Assembly (NCBI GenBank): GCA_030295235.1
Contig: AP026164.1
Span: forward strand, 806,001 to 870,000
Source: Fistulifera solaris
Taxonomy: Eukaryota
Length of the DNA: 64,000 nucleotides
Reading direction: 5' to 3'
Position 1 is the stretch's first letter, and each line of letters opens with the position of its first letter. This document shows positions 36,247 to 46,685 of this stretch, one piece after another. The notes under the pieces are model-generated. The model ran no database searches. It was not told the origin of the DNA and was given only the letters and a program-made list of their open reading frames with translations. A program made the position numbers and the translations under genes.

Positions 36247-36468
36247 GCGAATTTCGAGAGTAAAAGCCGAAGGGCTCATAAGACCGAGAGGATAAGACAG
36301 GAGAAGGATTTTCGCTCGAAGGGTGTACAGCGTCAGACGGCATCTGAGGGATAAATCACGGAGGATAGAATCGTGAGATTTGCCGCGAACATCTGCTAAA
36401 AGAATATAGAGTTTCCCATAGTTGTACAGCGTAGTTTATGATACCTGATATTTTGCCTGAATAGAGAG

Positions 36469-37102
36469 CTACAAATCTTTTTCGGGTGCTTCGGTTCTCG
36501 CCGTGCCCGCTTTTTTTTTGTTCGCGACGCAATTTCATTTTCTCTTTCCATTCCCGTAAGTCAGCGCTTGTCATAGCTTGACCATTGATATTGATGGTTA
36601 GAGAATCGCTTTCCATGAGAAACTTGGCGGCTTTTTGTAACAAACTCCGTCCTATTTTCGTAATCGCCGCTTTGAATTGACGCTGTGTCCATGACAGTTC
36701 ACTATCTGAACCAAACAACTTATCAATAAATATGTCAACAGCCTGTCCTGTTTCCAAGTACTCTTCAAACATTTCAAAGAACATATCTTCCGCATGTTGC
36801 ATCTTTTCTTCAAATCCACTATCCCCACTGAATTGGAAGGATGGCTTGCCACTACTACCACCCTGCAGCACTTCGTACGCCTCCGCGACTCGAACAAACT
36901 GCTCATTGGAGCCTCCTTTGTCTGGATGAGTTTCCAAACTTCGTTTCCGATACGCATTTTTGATGTCCTTTTCTGAGTATTTCCGGTTGGATGGGAGGCC
37001 GAGTTCTTTCAAGGCCTCGGAGCGCGTCATTCTCGCCAGAGCGAGATGGCGAAGCGAGCAGAAGCATATTAATATAAAGAGAAGGCTCCGTCGGAACCAC
37101 AT
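36469..37102 (-). CDS. Secretory-pathway DnaJ (J-domain) protein; homopolymer frameshift near 36515
   Basis: Signal peptide MWFRRSLLFILICFC; IKNAYRKRSLETHPDKGG...EAYEVL. Correcting the A-run gives the C-terminus PEKDL*. Confidence 0.85.
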
Positions 37103-37695
37103 AATCGACTGGAGTAATACTAAGAGCTCTCTGATAGATAACTGAGGACTTCCAACGACTTTCAAAAAAATTACTCGTAAAACAATTGAAAACATTAAGG
37201 GGAAATGACTAAGGGTAGCGATACCACTGTCACCAAAGAAGTAGATTGTCACTGTCACCGACGTCAATCTTGCAATCGTTCGGTACACGGTACGACTCTA
37301 ATTCGTTTTGACATAGGATGATTGATACTGGAACGAAAAAGTCTATAATCAAAAAATAATAATGAAACAAAGACCAGTATCGACACAACGTCATCATCTT
37401 AACCAAATAAGCTTGTTACGTCAAGTAGCTTGATAACTCACATAATAACGCAGCGCTCCACATATCTCTCGCGCTACAAGGCACAAGAAACAAAAGACGA
37501 GTAAATTGTCAAGACGTCGAGGGTTAAGAACATCGACTGTGCCGACAACAAAAACCTGACGACGAGCGCGGTGTCCATGTGGGCATACCGAGTCCGTACT
37601 TTGACTGCTTTGTTGACAGTATCGGCTTCGACGATTCCTTCATACGTCCGATCCTTCGAAAAAATTGTAAAACCGAGGAGAATCTTGTTCAAAAA

Positions 37696-38655
37696 ATGTC
37701 GGCGCATGCGAGAGACATCTCATCCCCGCCGTTGATTGATGTAGATTGCAACCTCATCCACAGGGATCTTAAGCCGCTCTTTGACGAGGCTAGCAACCTT
37801 CCGCCTCCCTTTCAAATCCTGCAACAAGATGCGATCAAAGAGGCGAACATTGTGGCCGTTCTGTCACCGAGTAGTACGATTGACGAAGCCAAGGCCATTC
37901 TGGAGTTGTTGCCGGCCAGTTCCGAATTGCCATCGATACGCACAACTGTGGGAGTTCATCCGTATCACGTGATCGATGAAGGGCCTACTTTAGAAGAGCA
38001 GATGGAAACCTGTGTTGAGCTTCTGGAGAAGTATTCGTGTCACATAGCAGCAGTGGGGGAATGCGGACTTGACTCATCGGATGGCTTTCCTCCGATCGAA
38101 GAACAAATTCCATGGTTCCAGGCACAGATTGCTCTGGCTGAACAGTTTCGAAAGCCTGTTTTTGTTCATGAACGTTTCGCTCATCGAAAGACGATGGAAC
38201 TACTGGCTAATTGCACCGTCCCTGTCATCATTCATTGCTTTACCGGAAATCTCGAAGAATGTCAAGCCTACGTTGAACGTGGCTACTACATTTCTCTTTC
38301 GGGATTTATCTGCAAAGATACAGAAGAGGCAGTCGACACACTCAACTGCCTGCACATTTTGCCACTCGATCGTCTCATGCTTGAGACAGACGCTCCGTAT
38401 ATGGGATTTCGTGGTTGTAGAGATCTCTATCTCGAGAAGCATCCAGAATCACTCGCAGAGCTCAACTCCAAAAGTCGGAAGCGGCTGACAAACACCTTCT
38501 ATCCGAACGTTCCTTCCTCGTTGGCCTTGCTTCTGGACCGAGTAGTAGAAACTTTGCAGCAAAGAAGCCCTTCCATTTCTCGTGATGAGGTGGCTTGGCA
38601 GACGAGTAAGAATGCGAATCGATTCTTTCACTTCAACTTGGAAGATCTCGATTGA
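37696..38655 (+). CDS. TatD-family DNase
   Basis: LIDVDCNL, TVGVHP, AVGECGLD, VFVHER, IIHCFTG, LETDAPY. Confidence 0.93.
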   Translation: MSAHARDISSPPLIDVDCNLIHRDLKPLFDEASNLPPPFQILQQDAIKEANIVAVLSPSSTIDEAKAILELLPASSELPSIRTTVGVHPYHVIDEGPTLEEQMETCVELLEKYSCHIAAVGECGLDSSDGFPPIEEQIPWFQAQIALAEQFRKPVFVHERFAHRKTMELLANCTVPVIIHCFTGNLEECQAYVERGYYISLSGFICKDTEEAVDTLNCLHILPLDRLMLETDAPYMGFRGCRDLYLEKHPESLAELNSKSRKRLTNTFYPNVPSSLALLLDRVVETLQQRSPSISRDEVAWQTSKNANRFFHFNLEDLD

Positions 38656-39684
38656 AGTTACGGGCATTGTTGGTTCTGACCTTTTAAGTATAGTCTGTCG
38701 AAATCTCTTAATGAGGATATCAGAGATGCGAGTGTCCTCTCCATGGATATCTTGTCGGATCATTTTGTGAGGTTCAGTTCAAACCGAGGGTTTCAACGCG
38801 CGCTGTAGAAGCAAATCGCCTAACGAAGTGTTATCGACGAGTCGTCCTTGGCCTAAAGGAATGAGCTGCTGTAGAGACAGCGAAGACACCGTAATGATGT
38901 TGGATAATGTCAGCGGAACGGCATAGGTATTGGATAACGTCAGCGGTACGGTATTTGAATGACTGCTTGTCTGAAATTCCAGGAGATTCAACTGTCGGGG
39001 ATAAAATTGACCTTGGTTGAAGTCAACAACTAAGGGGAGGAATTGACGATTCTTCCCATGCATGACAATTTTGACATTTAACACTTCCCATTATCAGTTA
39101 AACGTACCAAGTTGCCACGTGTTGCGTGTAGCCCATCGACCATCGACTCAATCAATAGTTGAGTCGATGGACTAACTACAATCGCCTAAAGTTCCATATC
39201 AAGGCACAGCGTGACTACGCCTCCCCGTGTCATTACTTTGCATTCTGTCATGTGCAGCATGCTAACGAATCGTTTTGAAAGCGTGTCATCGTTTATCCTA
39301 TTGTTTATGGTCATGAAAGTCGTAAAGATGTGTTACCCCAGTACCAGGAATTGACGTCATCACTAAAACGCAAAAGTGCAAAATTCGGGCCAAGAATTTA
39401 GGGATGAGGCGAAAGGATAGCAGCCGACCATCATTGCAAAAGCCAAAAGGAGACGATGACTGTCGACAACAACGATGGAAGGAAATTGTCACCGTACGTG
39501 AAAGGTGATGCTCAACTTTTGATGGGTTGTTTTTTTTTGCTTTTCGTTTTTGAAATTCACCCAACGACATAGCATCAAATTCTGACGAGAGCTTGGATCT
39601 CTACTAGTTCTTCTTATTCTCTGACGAAGAAGAATTTCTTGTATCGTCGGATCGCAGCCTCATGCGTCAAACAACTTCTTTGAG

Positions 39685-40737
39685 ATGCCTTTTCTTCGGA
39701 ATCTTGTACTTCTGCTGCTTCTCTTTTCGCTGCACCAGAAAGGCTACGTTTCAAATCGATGCAGCCGTCGCTCGCATTCAGCTCGTCAAGCATCCGAGAC
39801 TTCCGATGATGGAAATTCATCGAAAATACGTTTGAACAAAGTGTTTAAGGCTACCCATTCGAGGAGAGAGGCCGATTCTCTTATTGCGAGTGGCCGTGTC
39901 ACTGTCAACAATATTCCGGTAACTTCAAAAGGAGGAATGCTTGTTCAACCCTATGAAGATGCTGTGCGTTTAGATGGAAAACTCATTGAGGGATGGGAAG
40001 TTTTGAATAGCATTGCACGCGTCGACCAGAAAGATCCGAGCTCTCAAACAAATACGGACAAAACTAAGAGAGCGCCGCCTCAATCTGTTTTCCAGTATAT
40101 CAAATACTGGAAGCCCGTCGGCGCAGTTTGTACGACGGATCAGAAAGTTCCTGGCAATATCATCGATCAACTCAAAATAGACGGATTTGAGCCAGACAAT
40201 CGCATTTACCCGGTTGGCAGACTTGACAAAGACACTACAGGACTGTTAGTCCTTACCAACGATGGCCGAGTTCCAAACTCGTTTCTTCGAAGCAAGCATC
40301 GCAAGTCGAAAATTTATGAAGTGGTGGTGAATCGCCCAATCGGAGACGACGATATTGAAAAACTGAAGGTTAGTAAATCGCCTTACCCGTTGCCCTATTC
40401 TCTTAATGCTTCTAACGCGGTCGGGACATGAAAGGTTGGTGTTGAAATATATACAGAGACAAAGCGAAACGGGATTGTCCGGTCTTTGACAGCCAAGACG
40501 TTACCTAGCATAGTGGATCGTCTGTCACGGCGAGCAATAAGGATAACAATTGTGGAGGGTCGCAATCGACAAGTTCGTAAGATGTTAGCTGCGTTGGGTT
40601 ACGAAGTAATAAAGCTGCATAGAGTATCCTTTGGCGGCATTGGTCTCTATCCACTCGAAGCCCCAGGTGACTGGATTGCGTTGAACGGTGATGAGATTCG
40701 CTTGATACAAAAATCCCTACAGTCTGATCGTGAGTGA
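39685..40737 (+). CDS. RsuA/RluB/RluF-type pseudouridine synthase with S4 domain
   Basis: SRREADSLIASGRVTVN (S4), YWKPVG, YPVGRLDKDTTGLLVLTNDG, EGRNRQVRKM; intron 40369-40434. Confidence 0.92.
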
Positions 40738-40917
40738 CAGGACTAACTGATCAGAAAGTTTGCTATAATTTCTGAGGACACTTGTTCGAATGTTAACAAC
40801 AATATTCGACTAACTTTGAAATGAATTACAAAGGGAGCACAGTATTAAAGGAGTCTCAGGGAAGTTATAGCTTAGCAACTTATCCATAGCTTTGCAACTT
40901 ATCCATCCTGAATTTCA

Positions 40918-41890
40918 TTACCTGTACAGTGCGATATTCTCAAAGCGGAGAAAAGGATTCGAATAATCTTTTTCATAGAATGAGTCAAGCTCAGCTTCTA
41001 ACTCTTGAGATATGTATTGCTTTAACTTGTTTCGCGCTCCAGTAGCATGAGCACGCCCTCCTCCCCCCTTCTTGGCTTTGAAATACGGAATCTTTACCGG
41101 TCGGGCCCCAACCCCATGCGCCGTAAGTCTCCCAGGCCCCAATTTGTCTCAACAATCGCTCTCCATCCTCGCTCAAGTGTTCCATGTATCCTACAAAATT
41201 GATAAAGGGCCAGTACTTTTCTTCCATTCGGGACGATTGTGGCATCCAATGCGGATTTTCACAGGTTTTGATGAGCTCGAGAAAATGTTTGGCAGATTTT
41301 CGGGCCTCCGCGGCACAGGTCATTTTGAAAGGACAGCAATTCCTGTCGACAAATGATTTATGAAAAGCTTTGTCTAAATATGCGGAAAGAAATCGTTCCT
41401 TGGGATCCCGAACAAATATGGCGCGAGTCCATTCCGGATTTGTCATCATCATGGATGCCGTCTCTCGGTCGTAGTCATACAAATATTTGAGTCCATTCAA
41501 TTCAGAGTTCCATGGTAATAGATCAGGCGTTTGCTCTGCTTTCCAATCCGGAATTCCCATCATGCGCCGAAAGAGCTGTTTCCAGACCGTGCAGCCAACT
41601 TTCGCCGAAGTAAAAAATACCAACTTGAAATCTTCGATTACTACCGGAGCGCCGTCCCATGATCCTTTCTTGTAGATGTAATCGCCGTAGTCCACGAGTA
41701 GATGATCCCGAGCATCATTCGTCTGCGAGGGTGCTTCTTTTCTGGCGACGATATTCCTGGTACTTCCGCACGGCGTCTGCAAATGATGGTTGCCCAATCG
41801 AGATAGACACGACATAAACAATAAACCCCACATGCCCAAGGAAAAACGTGCCGGGTATCTAAACAGACCACAACGTATCGAACGCGGCAT
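40918..41890 (-). CDS. Golgi-type carbohydrate sulfotransferase (Sulfotransfer_2-like); frameshift near 41065
   Basis: N-terminal membrane anchor; AKVGCTVWK (5'-PSB), FVRDPKERFLSAY (3'-PB), HWMPQ. The other frame ends FYEKDY. Confidence 0.87.
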
Positions 41891-42179
41891 CTTTAAAGTA
41901 ATTAAGTCTGTGAACAACCGAGTGATGAAGAGATTGGGTTAGCATCACAACCTCCGTTGCCGTTCAACAACCAAAAAAAACGAGGTCCGTTGGGTGCATT
42001 CGTTTGCACGAAAATCTGTGCCGCGAGCCTACAGCCTACTGTTCTCTTTACTCTAGGACAAATCATGATTTCTCACACCGCGCACCATTGAACTTTACTC
42101 CGGGCTCCGGGGGTATTTACTGTACAAAGCTTGAGTCTTACCGGCATCACGCACCTTGGTGTGGTTGTGGTGCTTTTGC

Positions 42180-42380
42180 GTCTCCAGAAAATCTGGGTGT
42201 GTGATGTGTGTGAAAACGGGTGTGACTATGTACAGTAAGTGTTCTGTTGTCACGTACCCAGAAAATCTGGGGGTGTGGTGTTTTCAAGTTCCCAGAAAAT
42301 CTGGGTATGTGGTTTCTTGACGTGCGAAGATAATACAGAAAAAATAGTTCCCCGCATTTCACACGGAACCAGAAAAAACA
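42180..42380. repeat. Minisatellite cluster 3 (reverse orientation of cluster 2)
   Basis: ccagaaaatctggg three times; the reverse complement shares cgtcaagaaaccacat exactly with 34268-34283. Confidence 0.8.
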
Positions 42381-42480
42381 TTATTTGCGATGTTTCCAGG
42401 GCAATGATAAATTGTATTACAATGATAACCTAACAACTTGCAGCCTGAATAATCCACTGTTATTGATACGGAACATAAAC

Positions 42481-44109
42481 ATGCTTTTTGCAAAGAAATT
42501 GCTATCACCGGACTTGCTGCTTCTCGTTCGCAATATTGCGTTCGCTCTTTTAGTGGTGTTCGCAGCACAATGGTTGATGAAGCGCAAACGATACATTGAG
42601 GCATGCGATCAACTTCCGGGTCCAACACTGAAGGGATTCAGTCCCTGGTTAGCACATGTCGAGGCCTATGCACGAACGGTTGGGACTGTACCGGGATATC
42701 CCGGCATTCCGCGGTCCGTACAAGTGATCGACGATTTTATCAAGAATTGGGGTGAACAGGGACTATTCCGATTGTGGTTCTTTCATCCGTACCGGCTACC
42801 TTTTGCTCGAGCCGCTGTCATCATTGTCGACCCGTATCTCGTCCGTCAATTTCTGACTCAAAAAGATATTACCGATCGCATTGTGAAAGAAAAGAGAACC
42901 TACAAGATTGCGGCTCCGATTTTGGGCGGGTCGTTTCTCGCGCTTCCAGATGGAGCGAGATGGAAACATCAGCGAAAGATGGTAGCACGAGGATTCAATC
43001 AAGACTTTTTGGAGCTTACGAATACGGTCCTGGTGGAGTTGCTCTACGAGCAAGCATTTCCGGAGATCGATCGTACACTCGAACAAGCTAGCACGTCTGC
43101 TTTGAATGTGTTAGAATGGAATACTCGAGTGACATCGGAGACATTGGGAAAAGTAGCCTTTTCGTATTCATTCGGATCTTTTTCGCAAACGGAATCGACA
43201 ACAACAAAGAATGCTCCTTCACTCTATGAAACGTATCATTTCATTCTTTACGTTCTCTCGAAACGAACTAGGTCTCCTCCGTTCGCTTCCATGCTACGAT
43301 TCAAGGAAAATCGCGAGTTTGACGAAAAGATCCGGTTTCTTGATTCGGTAGTCGACAAAGTGATGAAAAAGAGGGTTCAGGAACATCGACACGCAGCAAC
43401 ACCTTCCAACGGAAACAAACGACACCGCGATCTGTTGTCCTACATGATTTGTGATGAAGATGGTTTGTCCTATCAAGAACTGAGAGCCAATATGAAAATG
43501 TTCATGTTTGCTGGTCAAGACACTACTTCGAGCGCACTCTCTTTTGCGTTCGGTCAGCTGGCTTATGATTTGGGTCGCCAAGAAAAGTTGCGGCATGAAA
43601 TTGACGCCTTATTTGACGCACTTCCCGACAATCGTCAGCCGGAGTATAAAGACGTGATGTCATTGAAATACCTGGACGCTGTAGCTCGAGAAACTCTAAG
43701 ACTGTACTCAGCGGGAGTTGTGGGACGCACCACGGTGGAGGACTGCGTATTGAAGAACGAAGGAGGGAAAATATTTGTGATTCCAGCCAACGTGTCCGTC
43801 TATATTTTTCCTTTCATTAATTCCAAGTGGACCAATGGGGTATCGGAACGATTGCATGAATGGATTCCCGAGCGCTTCATGGAAGATTCGAAAATCCAGG
43901 AGGACTGGATGGCGTTTTCTGTCGGGCCAAGAAACTGCGTAGGGCAGCCACTGGCCATGGCCGAATTCAAGATAGTATTGTGTCACATGCTGCGAAGATA
44001 CACACTGAAACGAAGTTCTGAAATGGAAGAAGATCCTATTCCCATTATTTTGATGGTGCTGAAACCACATAAGATGACGATTGAAATAAGCAAGCGAATC
44101 ATCCAATGA
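42481..44109 (+). CDS. Cytochrome P450
   Basis: N-terminal anchor and Pro-rich hinge, WKHQRK, AGQDTT (I helix), ETLR, PERF, FSVGPRNCVG heme motif. Confidence 0.95.
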   Translation: MLFAKKLLSPDLLLLVRNIAFALLVVFAAQWLMKRKRYIEACDQLPGPTLKGFSPWLAHVEAYARTVGTVPGYPGIPRSVQVIDDFIKNWGEQGLFRLWFFHPYRLPFARAAVIIVDPYLVRQFLTQKDITDRIVKEKRTYKIAAPILGGSFLALPDGARWKHQRKMVARGFNQDFLELTNTVLVELLYEQAFPEIDRTLEQASTSALNVLEWNTRVTSETLGKVAFSYSFGSFSQTESTTTKNAPSLYETYHFILYVLSKRTRSPPFASMLRFKENREFDEKIRFLDSVVDKVMKKRVQEHRHAATPSNGNKRHRDLLSYMICDEDGLSYQELRANMKMFMFAGQDTTSSALSFAFGQLAYDLGRQEKLRHEIDALFDALPDNRQPEYKDVMSLKYLDAVARETLRLYSAGVVGRTTVEDCVLKNEGGKIFVIPANVSVYIFPFINSKWTNGVSERLHEWIPERFMEDSKIQEDWMAFSVGPRNCVGQPLAMAEFKIVLCHMLRRYTLKRSSEMEEDPIPIILMVLKPHKMTIEISKRIIQ

Positions 44110-44481
44110 GGTCTTTTCAATTAGAAATAGTCACAACGAAACTGGCAACCTCGATGTTGTGACGAACCTCGATGTTGTGACGTACATCTTTCCATAGATC
44201 ATCTATCTAGAGATCATTGTCTATAGTCAATCTACAGTTCAATATCTGTAGGTCAACTATAGTCTATAGTTCATTATCTCAGGGGTCGATAATGTCGCAC
44301 GTCGCACCACAACAAGAAAATGTCGCACCAGCTTTTCCTAGCCAAAACATTTACGGTCATTTTCGCTTTTCGAAAAAACACACACACGACAATGACCCAT
44401 TTTAACAAGCGTTGATGTTCGAGTAAAGAAAGGTGTAGTGTTCATTATTTTCCGTGGGTCGTTTCACACAAACTAGTTTCA

Positions 44482-45943
44482 ATGACACAGAGATCAATTG
44501 AAACGTTTGCCCGCAATCTGTGGAGCCACTGGAAGAGTCGCGATGACTTTCTCAAAGCGCAAAAACACGTAGCCGGAATTCTCGCATTGGCTTTTGTGGG
44601 TAACAACTGGCCGGCATCGTATCCCCGCGATGAAAACGAGAATGCTCCCATGTTTTGGGTTATGAATGTGGTGATCTTAGTCGCAGCGCTGGTCACGATG
44701 CAACATGATGCCAATGGATCGGCTAGGGGCATTCAACCTCTTTCCAGGGATCAAACAGAAGAATGGAAGGGATGGATGCAATGGGCGTTTATCATGGTGA
44801 GTACTGGCCTGCGTAGAACGCTGTCAGGGTATATTATCAACTTTCTTCTGACGTCTATAACTTTGCTGCAGTATCACTACTTCAGAGCTCGCTTCGTCTA
44901 CAACGAAATCCGCATTTTCGTTTCCTCCTACGTCTTTATGACGGGGTGGGGGAACTGGCAGTATTTTGAAAAGAAGAGAGATTTCTCGCTAGAACGTGCT
45001 ATCAGTATGTGGCTACGAATCAATTACTTTCCGCTCTTACTTTGTTTGGTCGTCGGTACCAAACTCGACGACTTTTACATTGTACCGCTTCATACCACGG
45101 GCTTTTTTCGTCACCATGGCGACAGCGTACGTCGCTCACGTCTTGGAACGATTCATCAAGCCTGCCGTACAACGTAACTTGGCCGCCATCGGTATTAGCT
45201 TATTGGTGCATATTCTGTTTTATGAAACGCGGGCTGTCAATTTCTTAAAGTTCTTTTCCGACGAGATTTTCTTCCGCTTTCAGGCGGACAAGTACTCCAC
45301 TTGGTTTGGGATACTCGCTGGTTTTGGCTGGTCGTATGTCAAGAAGGCCATCCAATTTTACAATACAGCCCCGCCAGCCACACTTCATCAGAATATCGTT
45401 TCGGTGACACAAGGTGCAGCTGGTCTAGCCTTGATTTTGTTCTGGTACTTTATGTTTGGATCCATTCAGGACAAGTTCACATACAACCCGATGCACCCTT
45501 ATATTTTCTGGATCCCTGTCTTTGGTTACCTCATGATGCGCAACGCGTCGAAATATCTGACAGAGGTTCATTCGCACGCCTTGGAATTCTTTGGGCGCAT
45601 CACCCTGGAGACGTACGTGCTCCAGTTCCATTTGTTCATGTGCCGAGACGTCAAACACATTCCTATTGTGATTCCGGGCAGTGGTCCTACTGGACACATT
45701 CTTGTGAAGATACTCAACATGCTCCTCACGGGCGCTGTCTTTGTCGCGGCTGCTTACTACGCACGTAAGAATACTGTCGTAACGCAAGATTCGGCGACGG
45801 ATCTCATGAATTTGGTGCGGCAATACTATAGGACCGGAACATGGCCATCGGCAGAAGAAAATGAGGAAGGGGATGTCGACGTACCGCTTGTTAGGAAACA
45901 AGAGTCGCCGAATACAAGCGAAGGGAAGAACGACGATGTCTGA
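44482..45943 (+). CDS. CAS1/RWA-type O-acetyltransferase (Cas1_AcylT domain)
   Basis: LSRDQTEEWKGWMQ...YHY, YNEIRIFVSSYVFMTG, FRFQADKY, GRITLETYVLQFH; intron 44797-44871; frameshift near 45105. Confidence 0.92.
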
Positions 45944-46139
45944 ATTATATCACTTTAATGCAGATCAATAGCTAGAAGCATGAACACCTCCGACTGACCT
46001 TTCCTAAAGTATTGTACTGGTAGCACGCATACCTGGAGTAAGGGGAGGATCACGGTTCATTTTGGCGTACCTACCTGGTAGTCTAAAGTTTCTCATTTTT
46101 TTCAGCTTATCTTATTCATCGACGGAACACAGTGATGCG

Positions 46140-46570
46140 AATAAATTCGCCCATGGTCTGGCACCGCATCGTCGTCGTTGGGGCACAATCGGCTGTCGGG
46201 TTGCATCCACCCACTTTGAATGAACCATGAAGCATCTGTCCGTTGCGTTTACTGTCCTTGAGGACCATCACGCTAGTCCGGATGGGTCAAATACCTGGTA
46301 CACAAAGTCCGGAATGTCCGCTGCCAACTCGGCTTTGAAGCTGTCAAAAGTGGATCGAGCGGAATCGTACATCTAGAGAGACCATGTGCGGTAGATGTTT
46401 AGCATGTTCATTTGTGATCATTGATCGTCATCATTGGGACAGAGGCGGCACTCCGGCTGGGTCAAACCGACAAACCCCGGAATGCGAGCAGTCGACTCGG
46501 CTTTGAAGCTATCAAAAGCGGAGCGAGCGGAACCGTTAGATCTATGTGCGGTAGATGTTAAGCGTGTTCA
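46140..46570 (-). repeat. Two imperfect ~120-130-bp direct repeats, apparently decayed coding fragments
   Basis: 46279-46411 aligns with 46453-46570; on the minus strand they read SARSTFDSFKAE and SARSAFDSFKAE. Confidence 0.7.
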
Positions 46571-46685
46571 CTACAAGAATACAGCACCATGCTAATCATG
46601 TTATCTCTGTGAGTACACAACAGTCAGGACGACCGATTCGACAAATCTTGGAAAGTAGGTGCCGAATTCTCATCCAAAATTTCGT

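Noticed and set aside
34020..42380. 8-kb composite transposon bounded by inverted minisatellite clusters
   Set aside because: The interior is ordinary housekeeping genes, there is no transposase or target-site duplication, and a third cluster lies elsewhere.
44482..45943. 'Cas1' as CRISPR Cas1
   Set aside because: This is the unrelated Cas1p/CASD1 membrane O-acetyltransferase domain.
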